Origin: Candidatus Latescibacterota bacterium
Lineage (GTDB): Bacteria > Latescibacterota > UBA2968 > UBA8231
Reading direction: 5' to 3'
DNA length: 64,000 nt
NCBI GenBank assembly: GCA_965197905.1
Contig: CBDAOB010000005.1
Location: 1,312,001 to 1,376,000 of the forward strand
The position numbers were made by a program, and so were the translations under genes. Position 1 is the stretch's first letter, and the number at the start of each line of letters is the position of its first letter. The notes beneath the pieces were generated by a model. That model did not search any database. It had not been told where the DNA came from and saw only the letters and a list, made by a program, of their open reading frames with translations. Below are positions 29,902-39,874 of this stretch, piece after piece.

Positions 29902-30777
29902 GTGATGTCTGATCAACGCAACATGATACTCGGCATCGCCGCCTGTCTTCTGTTCGGGCGGATCGGTTCGATTCTGGCGGAACCCCCCAATGATGATGTC
30001 CCGCGGGCGGTGTCCCGCCAGGAGCTCCTGGCGGCGATGCGGTCGCACGGAGATTACGATCCTACTGCGACGACGAACGGCGCTCGCTTTCAGGCGGAGG
30101 TGCTACTCCACCTGGCCCGAGAGGCGATACGGAGCGACCCCGACGACCGCCCTCCGTTCATCGGACACGAGGAGTGGTTCGCCAGCTTCCTGGATGTGAC
30201 CGGGCTAGCCGCAGACGAGGCACCCAACTATGCGCTGTTGGCCTATCGTCACGGACAACGCGTGGAAATCAGCTTCCGGGATGGCTGCGTCATCCGAGAG
30301 GTGAAGGAGGGGCCGGTGCCGGAGCTGGCGGCAAACGTAGTTATCTGGTGGCCGCAGACACCGGGAGGGCCGACGCGATACTCCTACCGTGACACGCTTT
30401 CGACACCTCACCTGAAGGTGATGAATAACCGGGTGATTACCTACCGGCTGCTCGATCTCGGAGATCGAATCGTCTACGACCAGATCAATGGGCTGACGGG
30501 CCGCCCGACCTCGGGTATTCTGGGCTTTCTATTCCGGGCGATCGGGGAGGGCCGCATTGTGGAGTCGGCAATGGCGGTTTCCGAGGACGGACTGCAGGTG
30601 GCGCGAGCAAGGGCGAGTAAGGCTTTCTTGGAGGTGTCGACAACCGTCACCGTGTACCCCGACGGACGCACTGAGAAGGATGTGCCGAAAGATAGACCCG
30701 ATCTACTGGCCATCGAGGCACGACTGAAGGAACCCTCTGAGATAGAGTACGCGCCACTCAGATTCTCGGATAGATGA
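29902..30777 (+). CDS. Hypothetical secreted protein
   Basis: Signal-peptide-like N-terminus, 291-aa open frame with coding-like composition. Confidence 0.7.
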   Translation: MMSDQRNMILGIAACLLFGRIGSILAEPPNDDVPRAVSRQELLAAMRSHGDYDPTATTNGARFQAEVLLHLAREAIRSDPDDRPPFIGHEEWFASFLDVTGLAADEAPNYALLAYRHGQRVEISFRDGCVIREVKEGPVPELAANVVIWWPQTPGGPTRYSYRDTLSTPHLKVMNNRVITYRLLDLGDRIVYDQINGLTGRPTSGILGFLFRAIGEGRIVESAMAVSEDGLQVARARASKAFLEVSTTVTVYPDGRTEKDVPKDRPDLLAIEARLKEPSEIEYAPLRFSDR

Positions 30778-30964
30778 CTTGGGGGTGGGCTTTGGAGCTT
30801 TTGATTCACATTCGCTCGACGTGGCCCGGATTCGGAATGCCAGCGAGTCAGATGATCTGGTATACTATATCATTGCCAGTGAACATGAAGACAAAGATTC
30901 AGCTCACCGATTCGCGATCTGACCGTATAATCGACAATCATATATCTGTTAGCGAGGCTACTAC

Positions 30965-31690
30965 ATGAAGCTAGAAAACATTATCGCCGTGGTCACTGGT
31001 GCCAGTCGCGGCATCGGTTGGGAGATCGCACTCGGTTACGCCGATGAAGGAGCGGATCTCGTCGTCTGTGCACGAGACGAGCAGCGTCTTCAGCAGTTGG
31101 TCAGTCGACTTCAGGAATCGGGTCGACGTGCGTTCGCGGTCCAAGCGGATGTATCACAAGAGACAGATGTATCGCGCGTCGTCGACCGCACGCTTGAAGC
31201 GTTCGGACGTATCGATGTTCTGTGCAACAACGCCGGTGTGAACCATACGCACCCGGTCGATGAGATGCCGTTAGAAAAGTGGGAAGAGGTCATCGCGGTC
31301 AACCTACGCGGTCCCTTCCTCCTGTCACGCGCAGTGCTGCCACACATGAAGAAGCAAAACTACGGACGAGTTGTGCACGTTTCCTCCATGTCCGCCGTCG
31401 TCTGCTCCGCTGGTGCCGGGGCATACAACGCGTCGAAAGCAGCGTTGAACGCCTTGAGCCGAACGACGGCCAGCGAGACGAGGGACTACAACGTTCTCGT
31501 GAACGCCATGAGTCCGGGGTTTCTCAAGACAGACATGAACCCGGAAGGCACCCAACCCGCGAGCGCTGCAGTTCCGACGGCGATCGATTTGGCGGGACTA
31601 CCTGACGACGGCCCCAGCGGGCGATTCTTCCGCTTCCAGGAGGAGGTCATTGTGATCCCAGAATCGTCGCCTAATGGGTGGCGGAATTGA
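30965..31690 (+). CDS. SDR family oxidoreductase
   Basis: VTGASRGIG, NNAG, YNASK, PGFLKTDM. Confidence 0.93.
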   Translation: MKLENIIAVVTGASRGIGWEIALGYADEGADLVVCARDEQRLQQLVSRLQESGRRAFAVQADVSQETDVSRVVDRTLEAFGRIDVLCNNAGVNHTHPVDEMPLEKWEEVIAVNLRGPFLLSRAVLPHMKKQNYGRVVHVSSMSAVVCSAGAGAYNASKAALNALSRTTASETRDYNVLVNAMSPGFLKTDMNPEGTQPASAAVPTAIDLAGLPDDGPSGRFFRFQEEVIVIPESSPNGWRN

Positions 31691-32195
31691 TTAAGTGGGC
31701 GGCATGTTTTTGCTCTCGACAATCGCCGAATAGCTAAATCACGTAACAAAACAAACGCTACAGGGCCTTGCGTCGATAATGACGCTTGTTTGTGGAATTC
31801 GGTCTATCGGACCCGCCTCGAATCGCCATGTGACTCTTAGCTGTTTTCCGCCATGAGGTGAGCGATCCTAGTTTGGACAACAGCAGGAAGCTCGTCCCAT
31901 CCCTCGACCACTCGAAGCAGCGTCGGGTTTGACACGTATATGACACGTTTCACCTGCGTTCTCTGGCTGAGTGGCCGTTCGGGTGTGGTGGTGAAGCGCC
32001 GCTTGATTGCGGTTGAAGGCCGGGTGTTCGGAAAGATGTCCATGTAGACGTCGTGGCATTCTGTTGCGTATATGGGAGTATAGGACAGATAAGCGGTCTT
32101 ATCGAGTACAGATAAGCGGTCTTGGGGGTATCCATTTAACCGGACTGCGTGATGGTGATGTTCCCCCATAAGAGTGGACACCTCGAAGCGTCAAA

Positions 32196-32300
32196 TGGAA
32201 TTGACCCGACAAAGTAGACACTTAGAGGCCGGCTGTTGAGGCGGTTTCGAAAGTTTCCGGACTGACACCGCCGAGGTGGCTATAGACGACTCATCGATTA
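32196..32300 (-). mobile_element. IS3-family right-end remnant
   Basis: Minus strand encodes YSHLGGVSPETFE* (IS3 transposase tail) followed by an IR-like end GTGTCTACTTTGTCGGGTCAATTCCA; a second IS3-like end (TGATGTTCCCCC..GTGGACACC) at about 32156-32182. Confidence 0.65.
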
Positions 32301-32378
32301 GCACTACAAGGCGCACCTCACCCTACGGCTAAAATCGAGGTTGCGCTTTCGTGCGAACGAAAATTGGACGAAACTGGC

Positions 32379-32421
32379 AAAAAAAGAGGGTTACGAGATG
32401 TGGAATAAATCTCGTAACCCC
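32379..32421 (-). terminator. Intrinsic terminator / att-associated hairpin
   Basis: 12-bp stem GGGTTACGAGAT / ATCTCGTAACCC with T7 tail on the minus strand. Confidence 0.7.
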
Positions 32422-32457
32422 TTGTTTTTATTGGAGTCGCCAGAAGCAGCGGCAGCG

Positions 32458-32607
32458 CCTGCGCCGCCGCGAACCCAACATCTAGGGCCCGTCAGGAACC
32501 GAAATCCACGCCACACTAGGCGCCGAGCCGCTTCGGCCGCGTCGCGAGCCGCCAAACGAACCGATACATCGCCCAGTTCACGCACCCGCTGGCTTGCCGC
32601 GACTACC
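32458..32607. repeat. 150-bp dispersed repeat, copy 1 (putative IS end/MITE)
   Basis: Matches 54370-54519 with 4 substitutions by manual alignment. Confidence 0.9.
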
Positions 32608-32859
32608 GATAATGCCATATTTCTTCCTATACTTTGGTCAGCGTCAGGACCGAGATGGCGATGGTGCCCTTGGGCTTCTTGGGCGGTTTGCCGGCCGTGC
32701 CGCTCGTGTCATCCCCCTTGCCGCAACCGCCGGAGCGAGGATCATTCCCGCGAGGAGCGCCAGAGTCATCCGTTTCATCGAGGGTCTCCGGTAAAAATCG
32801 TTTCGTGCAGAGCGCGATATAGTGACATATAAAGCCGTTTCAAAGATCGAGACACGAAC

Positions 32860-33723
32860 ATGAACTTCCTTTCCAACCTGACGGGGTCGTTCGCGAAGCC
32901 GGCGAGGGAGAACCCGACCGTCGCGATGGTCGAGGCGGCGTATCGACACCACGGCCTGGACTGCCGCTACCTCAACATGGAAGTGGCGCCTGAACAGCTG
33001 GCCGACGCCGTCCGGGGTGCGCGGGCGATGGGATTCGCGGGCTTCAACTGCTCGATCCCGCACAAGGTCGCGGTGATCGAACACCTGGACGGACTGGGCG
33101 AGTCCGCCTCGCTGATGGGCGCGGTGAACTGTGTCGTCCGGCGTGACGGGAAGTACATCGGCGAGAACACCGACGGCAAGGGGTTCGTGAAGTCGTTGCG
33201 CGAGATCGTGGATCCGAAGGGCAGGTCGATCGTGATGTTCGGCGCGGGTGGCGCGGCGCGGGCGATCGGCGTCGAGACGGCGCTCGCGGGGGCCCGGAAG
33301 ATCACGGTCGTCAACCGGTCCGAGGGCCGCGGCCAGGAGCTGGCCGGGCTGTTGGGGGGGAAGGTGAAGGAGGTGACGGGCGGGTCGCTCGAGACGGCGT
33401 TCGAGCCGTGGAAGGGTGATTACGCGGTGCCGACGGGCACGGACATGGTCATCAATGCCACGTCCATCGGGCTCTACCCCGATGTCGACGCCCGCGTGCC
33501 CGTGAAGGTCGACACGCTGACGAAGAAAATGGTCGTCGCCGACGTGATTCCCAACCCGCCCCGCACGAGGCTCGTGCGTGACGCGGAGGCTCGCGGATGC
33601 CGCGTGATCGACGGGCTCGGGATGCTCGTCAACCAGGGCGTCGTCGGGATCAAGTACTGGACCGGCGTCGACGCCGAGCCTTCGGTGATGCAGGCGAAGT
33701 TGAAGGAGATCTTCGGATCATGA
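32860..33723 (+). CDS. aroE: Shikimate dehydrogenase family protein
   Basis: GFNCSIPHK, GAVNCV, GENTDGKGF, GAGGAARA, INATSIG, DGLGMLVNQG. Confidence 0.9.
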   Translation: MNFLSNLTGSFAKPARENPTVAMVEAAYRHHGLDCRYLNMEVAPEQLADAVRGARAMGFAGFNCSIPHKVAVIEHLDGLGESASLMGAVNCVVRRDGKYIGENTDGKGFVKSLREIVDPKGRSIVMFGAGGAARAIGVETALAGARKITVVNRSEGRGQELAGLLGGKVKEVTGGSLETAFEPWKGDYAVPTGTDMVINATSIGLYPDVDARVPVKVDTLTKKMVVADVIPNPPRTRLVRDAEARGCRVIDGLGMLVNQGVVGIKYWTGVDAEPSVMQAKLKEIFGS

Positions 33724-33863
33724 GATCCTTGATGCGGGCGGTGCTGCTCCCGGCGCTTCTCCTCGCGGGCGCCGCGCCCGAAGCAGGAGGTGCCTTCCCT
33801 GTAGCATTCAGCGCCGGGTGACAATACCTGCGGCAGGCTGCCGCGGCCCGGCGAGCCCTCAGA

Positions 33864-34661
33864 TCAACCGGTCCAGCCAAGCTGGCTGACGCTTTTCCCC
33901 TCGTGGACCAGTTCGACGATGCTGGCGACCATCCTCGCTGGGTCTGAGCTCTGCCAGATGTTCCTGCCCAGGGCGATGCCGAGGGCACCGCAAGCCATCG
34001 CTTCGGCAATCATTTCCAGGATCTCGAGCTCAGTGTCCGCTTTCGGTCCCCCCGCAACGACGACCGGGACCGGGCAGCAGTCGACGAGCCGCTGGAAGGA
34101 TTCGCGATCCCCTGTGTACGAGGATTTCACAATGTCCGCTCCCAGTTCCGCGCCGGCCCGAGCGGCTCGCACCACCGCTTCGGTGCCTATCTTCGAAAAC
34201 ATCTCTTCGGTCGGATACATCATCATCAGCAGCGGCAGACCCCAGCGTGAGCAGGATTCCACCACAGAGCCGGCTTGTTCCAGCATTCGCGTCTCCTGTT
34301 CCGAGCCGATGATGACCTGGATCGAAACCGCGTCGGCGCCCTGGCGCAGGGCCTGCTCCACGGTGGCTATCTGGGTGAGATCGAAGTCGTCGGTGATGGC
34401 GTTGGTCAACTGGAACACGGTTCCGCAGCGATTGACGTAACGTTCATACAGACTCGACGCCATACCGGCGTTGAAGGCGATGGCGTCCGCGCCTCCTTCG
34501 ATGACCTTATCAACGGTACCCGCGATATCATCCATGCCTTCGATCGGCCCCAGGATCACGCCGTGATCCATAGGCACCATCACTATATTGCCCGTGGCCG
34601 GATTCGCGATGCGGGACAACCGGACCTGCTTGCCGACGTCAACCATCGTTCTATGTGCCAT
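33864..34661 (-). CDS. DhnA-type class I aldolase (FBP aldolase / ADH synthase family)
   Basis: VPMDHG, GADAVS, AELGADIVKSSY, VPVVVAGGPK, GRNIWQ. Confidence 0.88.
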   Translation of the reverse strand: MAHRTMVDVGKQVRLSRIANPATGNIVMVPMDHGVILGPIEGMDDIAGTVDKVIEGGADAIAFNAGMASSLYERYVNRCGTVFQLTNAITDDFDLTQIATVEQALRQGADAVSIQVIIGSEQETRMLEQAGSVVESCSRWGLPLLMMMYPTEEMFSKIGTEAVVRAARAGAELGADIVKSSYTGDRESFQRLVDCCPVPVVVAGGPKADTELEILEMIAEAMACGALGIALGRNIWQSSDPARMVASIVELVHEGKSVSQLGWTG

Positions 34662-34689
34662 TTGAGTCTCTCCGTTTGGTGCTTCTGCA

Positions 34690-35619
34690 CTACAGGCGCG
34701 TGAACTGAAACTCATCGTGCCGCTCTTCCAAAAAAGCCTTCACTGTCGCCATCTCAGGAATTCCCGCTCGGCCCCCGAGCTTCGTGCACTTGATGGCTGC
34801 GACGGCAGCAGCGAACTCCACGATCCTGTCGATAGGCCAGCCCGCCAGCAGGCCCCGGATGAAGCCTCCGTGAAAAACGTCGCCGGCCCCGGTCGTGTCT
34901 ACGGTGTCGACTTGAAAGGCGGTGAAGCGGAACGGTCCCTCGACATTCAGGCCGACGCCGCCTTTTTCGCCCTGGGTAATGATGACGGTCTGCGGCCCCT
35001 TTTCCCGCAGTGATTCGACCGCCGGCCCGGCATCCTCGAAGCCGGTATGTTCGTGCGAAAAGGCCGTGGATGCGACGACAATGTCGGTGCAGCCGATCAG
35101 TTCGTCCGCGTCGTGACCGAGCGCTGAGACATCGGCGTCGAGCAGGACCGTCGTATTCGCCTGGCGGGCCCTTTTCGCGGCCGCCATGGCGGCCTCCGCT
35201 TCGGTGCCGTCGAGGTGCAGGATCCTCGCATCTTCGATGAGTTCTGGGGGTACCTCCTCGGCCGACAAAGCTGAGACAGTTGCCTCGCCAACCAGGATCG
35301 AGCGTTTTCCAGATTCCTTGTGGACCAATACGATGGCGGAAAGGGAGCGCTCGTCCGGTTCGATCAGGAGGTGGCTCGTATCGACGCCGAAGCGCTCGAA
35401 GTCGTGGCGAATCATCACCCCGATGAGATCATCGGACACACGACCCAGATAGGCCGCCGAAGCGCCCAACCGGGCCGCCGCCGCCAGCGCTGTTGCGACC
35501 TCGCCTCCGCCTTGCTGCAAGGAGTCGAGCAGGTCGAACTCTTCGTCGAGTTCAGGGAGCCGTGGAATGATGCCCAGAAAGTCGATGCAACAACAGCCGA
35601 TGCCGACGACGTCGACCAT
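34690..35619 (-). CDS. PfkB family carbohydrate kinase
   Basis: QGGGEVATA, ITQGEKG, VDTTGAGDVFHGG. Confidence 0.92.
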   Translation of the reverse strand: MVDVVGIGCCCIDFLGIIPRLPELDEEFDLLDSLQQGGGEVATALAAAARLGASAAYLGRVSDDLIGVMIRHDFERFGVDTSHLLIEPDERSLSAIVLVHKESGKRSILVGEATVSALSAEEVPPELIEDARILHLDGTEAEAAMAAAKRARQANTTVLLDADVSALGHDADELIGCTDIVVASTAFSHEHTGFEDAGPAVESLREKGPQTVIITQGEKGGVGLNVEGPFRFTAFQVDTVDTTGAGDVFHGGFIRGLLAGWPIDRIVEFAAAVAAIKCTKLGGRAGIPEMATVKAFLEERHDEFQFTRL

Positions 35620-35622
35620 AAC

Positions 35623-35898
35623 CTAGAGTCGGAAGTGGGTCCCGGCGATGAAGCGCGTGCCGGCGGGATTGCTCACCACCAGCGGTACGATATCGGCACG
35701 GACTTCGCCGTTGACGATAAACCGCACGTCCTGCACGTGGGCGCCACCGATACCGTCGTCGGGCGAATCGTCGGAAAAACGCACGATCACCCAGTCCTTA
35801 GGCGGCTGGTCGGGACGCAACACTCCCTTGAGGCTGTTGTTGCCCTGGGTGCTGCGATAGACATGGGAGTTGACGGCGTTGAAGCCCACGTGGCCCAC
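35623..35898 (-). pseudogene. Internal fragment of a large hypothetical protein
   Basis: Protein-like segment (VRFSDDSPDDGIGGA) without credible start or upstream continuation. Confidence 0.4.
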
Positions 35899-36099
35899 GC
35901 GATCTGCTGCTTATTCAATTCTCGGTCCACGCCGACGCACCTTTCTCCTGAGTATGCAATTTCCCGCGCGTCGAACCGTTGCCAGGGGCGCGACGACTGC
36001 AAGAACCTAATGTCAGGAGGTAGGTAATATAGAGACGAAAATACTCAGATACCAATATCCTCGAGCTTCAAAGGGATATGCTTTTCGGTTTTCCTGCCG

Positions 36100-36366
36100 G
36101 GACGGTGCAGCTGTTACCTGCGCACAGCGGTCATGCAGGCCGCTGAGGTGGCATTCTTTCGCCAGCATGACCCGCTCTTCACCGCCATCTATAAACGCCA
36201 GAAGGATCGCGGCAGGCACCACATGGTCGCACTCATACACGTTGCCACAGAATGCTACATGTGATCTTCTCGGTCTTAAAGATTGACAGACCTTACACGC
36301 CGATACTCACGTAACGAGAACCATAGACAAATGCCCATGATTGATGTTGACTCTTTACCGCTTGTC
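36100..36366 (+). mobile_element. IS110-family transposase C-terminal remnant
   Basis: Reads YLRTAVMQAAEV..HDPLFTAIYKRQKDRGRHHMVALIHVA/RMLHVIFSVLK..PYTP* with one frameshift. Confidence 0.7.
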
Positions 36367-36567
36367 TATCCTCCACAATAGCATATGGCTGATAAGGTGA
36401 CCGATGTGAGCGAAGGGGTGCTCACCGGCGCCATGGATGTGGCCGAAGCAGAAGCGGGAGCCGTCATGCTATTGGACTCCCGCTGGGATGGACGCAATGC
36501 CCGTGCCACCTTAATGCATCCGAAAAGCCAATCTTCATCTACGCCGAACCCCGACGGGAGAAAAATC

Positions 36568-37340
36568 ATGAAATCAGAAAACGCAGTCCCTGAACCCTTT
36601 CTGGACTGGTTCGGAATATGGCCCGGAGCCTCCGGGTACGAAACGGATGGACGCGGCTACCTTCACGCCTCACCTCAGGGAGTGCGCCTGGTGGTGCAGC
36701 CGCCGTCGCAAAAGCAGGACCTGAATCTGCGGCAGGACCGGGACTGGGAGGATGACGGGCCACGGGTGGAGACGCTGCTGCAGGAGGACGGGCTCTCTAC
36801 CACCGGGGCACCGACGACCTGGATGTGCAGATCGCAGTCAGCCGCAACGGCCACACCTGGTCCAGACACAAGACTCCGCTCCTCACCAGAGGTCCGGAGG
36901 GCAGTAACGAGGAAGGCATGATGTGGGTCAGGCACGGCGTCTTTACCTTCGCCGAAGATCGATGGGGGTTGCTTTACAATGGCATGGACGCGCGCCACAA
37001 CGAGAGCTACTACTATGACGCCCACCGGGTCGATTCAAACGGTTTCGCGCTGTGGAAACGGGATCGATTCGTCGGCCTCGAAGCGGAGGTAGATGGCCGC
37101 GTGACCCTCCTGCCGAGGGCCTGCGGCGGGGAACGGCTGCTGCTCAACCTGAAGACCGAAAGAGGAGGGTGGGTGCGCGCCGCCTTCATGGAGCCGATGT
37201 TGTGGCCTCCGGCAAAGATCGATCCGATCGAGGGGTTTCGGCTTCGATGACTGCGAGCCACTGCGCTCTCGACAAGATCAAACTGCATGGTGGGGGACAT
37301 GCAACAGCTCAGGGATCAGTACGGAGACATCGTCGTCCAA
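36568..37340 (+). pseudogene. Hypothetical (beta-propeller hydrolase-like) gene remnant with internal deletion and frameshifts
   Basis: N-terminal frame ..LLQEDG joins C-terminal LYHRGTDDLDVQIAVSRNGHTWSR..WKRDRFVGLEA in another frame. Confidence 0.55.
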
Positions 37341-37391
37341 CAGGTCAAACAGCTCGTAGGTCAGTGCATGAGCTAATTCCGGAGAAATATC

Positions 37392-38234
37392 ATGATTATC
37401 GACACGCACATCCATATCTACGACCCTTCTCGACCCGAAGGTGTACCCTATCCCGATCCGGACAACAAACTCCTGTATCGCACTGTACTGCCCGCGCACG
37501 CCAAGGCTCAAGCCATGCCCGCAGGTGTTACCGGCACAGTTATCGTAGAAGCCACTGATTGGTTGGAGGACAACAAGTGGGTGCTGGATCTGGCAGCCGA
37601 CGAACCGTTTATCGTGGGTCTGGTGGGCCGTATAGACCCGTGCACCCCTGATTTTGCGGAGAATGTAGCGCGTTTTGCGGAGCATCCGTTGTTCAAGGGT
37701 ATCCGTTTCCGAGGCAAGCGATATTTCGATGATATCGATCGTGGCAGTTTTATGGCGGATATGGAGACACTGGCAAACCATAGTCTTGCCCTCGACGTGG
37801 GTTTCAGTAAAGAGGACGCCAGTGGACTGTTTACGCTGCTCGAACGCCTACCCGAACTACGCGTCATGATCGACCACATCGCCGGGGTGTCGGTTGACGG
37901 AAATAAGCCGGACCATCAGTGGATTGAGCATATGGCTCAGGCGGCGACTCACCCACAGGTTTGGCTGAAAGTCTCGGCCCTTATGGAGAACAGCACCATT
38001 CAGCCGGCGCCCGCAGATGTCGCCTATTATTCGCCGACGCTGGACGCTCTGTGGGATATCTTCGGTGAAGACCATCTGGCGTACGGCAGCAACTGGCCTG
38101 TCTGCGAAAGGGCTGGAACGTATGCACGGTGTATGGATATCGTCCGGGGGTATTTTTCCGGTAAAAGCGAAGAAGCCCGGGAGAAGTTTTTCTGGAAGAA
38201 TTCTCAGCTCGTGTACAGGTGGGAAAAGCGATGA
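37392..38234 (+). CDS. Amidohydrolase family protein (L-fuconolactonase-like)
   Basis: IIDTHIH, IDH, KVSAL, YGSNWPV. Confidence 0.9.
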   Translation: MIIDTHIHIYDPSRPEGVPYPDPDNKLLYRTVLPAHAKAQAMPAGVTGTVIVEATDWLEDNKWVLDLAADEPFIVGLVGRIDPCTPDFAENVARFAEHPLFKGIRFRGKRYFDDIDRGSFMADMETLANHSLALDVGFSKEDASGLFTLLERLPELRVMIDHIAGVSVDGNKPDHQWIEHMAQAATHPQVWLKVSALMENSTIQPAPADVAYYSPTLDALWDIFGEDHLAYGSNWPVCERAGTYARCMDIVRGYFSGKSEEAREKFFWKNSQLVYRWEKR

Positions 38235-38570
38235 GTGAACCAGGACGGGCGGCCACGGCAGAGAATCGCGGGGATCGCTACCATCGAGCGCATCGAAGCG
38301 TGGATGGAAAACGCCGATTCAGCGTGCCCGCACCTGTTGTGGGTGCACTTCATTGACCCGCATTTCCCCGGACAACTGCCCGGAAGCAAGCCGATCTCAT
38401 TTGATGACGTGGTGGAGGATAGAGTGAACGCCTACCAGGAAGAGATAAACCATGATGCGGAGTTGGCATCTGTCTAGGATGAGCTGTGTCGTAATACTGT
38501 TGACAGGTGCTCTCGGGCAGGGTGCGGGCATACCAGGAAGAGATCGACGCAGCGCTGGGATTGGACTGAG
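38235..38570 (+). pseudogene. Sulfatase-like fragments
   Basis: LLWVHFIDPH and AYQEEI segments only. Confidence 0.4.
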
Positions 38571-38619
38571 GGCCTCGAATTCTTTGACACATTATTCATA
38601 AGAAGCAAGGAGAGCCAAC

Positions 38620-39779
38620 ATGAAGCGCAGTACGGATCGCATTCTGGGACTACCCACGTCGGCAGCTTGGCACGGCCTAAGGACCTGCTTGATCTGATGC
38701 AGGCCAAAGTCAACGGCGAGCCGTACGACCACGATGTCTATGCCCAGCGGATCCCGACCGCCGTGGCCGAGATCGTCCGCAAACAGGCCGAGAGCGGCAT
38801 CGACATTGTGACCGACGGCGAGCAGGGGAAGCTTGGTTTCTCCGCCTACGTGAGTGAGCGGTTGAGCGGTTATGAAGCGCGGCCGGGCGCTATCGACTCC
38901 GCTGAATTCGCGGAGGAAGTGGCCGCTTTTCCGGAGTATTACGAGCGCTACTTCGGCGCGGCCATGCATGGGGGTGCGGTCGCGCGGATAGACCCTGTAG
39001 TGTGCATCGGACCCGTCAGCTATAAGGGGATCGATGCCCTGAACCGGGACATCGAAAACCTCAAAGCCGCGGTGCAGGACGTGGAGGCGGTGGAAGTCTT
39101 CATGCCCGCCGTGGCACCGGGCGGCGTGGGCGGGAACGAATACTACCCGACGGCAGAGGAGTACCTATACGCGGTCGGCGAGGCCATGCGCACGGAGTAC
39201 CGCGCGATCGTCGACGCCGGCTTCATCTTGCAGATCGACGATCCGTGGCTCACCGTGGTCCATGGCGACGGTTCTTTGAGCGCCGCCGAGCGATTGAAGA
39301 AGATCGAGATGTTTGTCGAGGTGCTCAACTACAGCCTGCGGGATATTCCCCCGGAGAAGGTGCGCCTGCATACCTGCTACGGGATCAACGAAGGGCCGCG
39401 CATTCACGACGCGTCGCTGCAGGACATCGTGGGGATCATGCTGAACGTGAACGCGGGCGCCTATTCGTTCGAGGCCGCCAACCCGCGTCACGAGCACGAG
39501 TACCACGTCTGGGAAGATGTGAAGCTGCCGGAGGGCAAGTTGATCATCCCGGGGATGGTCGCACACGCCAACAATATTGTCGAACACCCCGAACTCATCT
39601 GCGAGCGCATCCTCCGCTACGCCAGGCTGGTGGGCCGGGAGAACGTGATCGCCGGGACCGATTGCGGCTTTTCCACCCAGGCCACCTACACCCCGGAGGT
39701 TCATCCGACCGTCGTATGGGCTAAATTCCAGGCCATGGCCGAAGGCGCACGGCGGGCAACGGAGCAGCTCTGGCGGTGA
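38620..39779 (+). CDS. Cobalamin-independent methionine synthase II family protein (frameshift near 38646)
   Basis: MKRSTDRIL + TTHVGSLARP split by 2 extra G; TDGEQGK, LQIDDP, HTCYG, EAANPRHEHE, AGTDCGF. Confidence 0.88.
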
Positions 39780-39874
39780 GACTCTAGCCGCCACGCCACC
39801 CTTTCCGTTCGCTCATTTAATCAGGAGCGTGGCTATAAGTAAACCAGTTGCTGACTTAGGGCGAGGAGGCAGAG

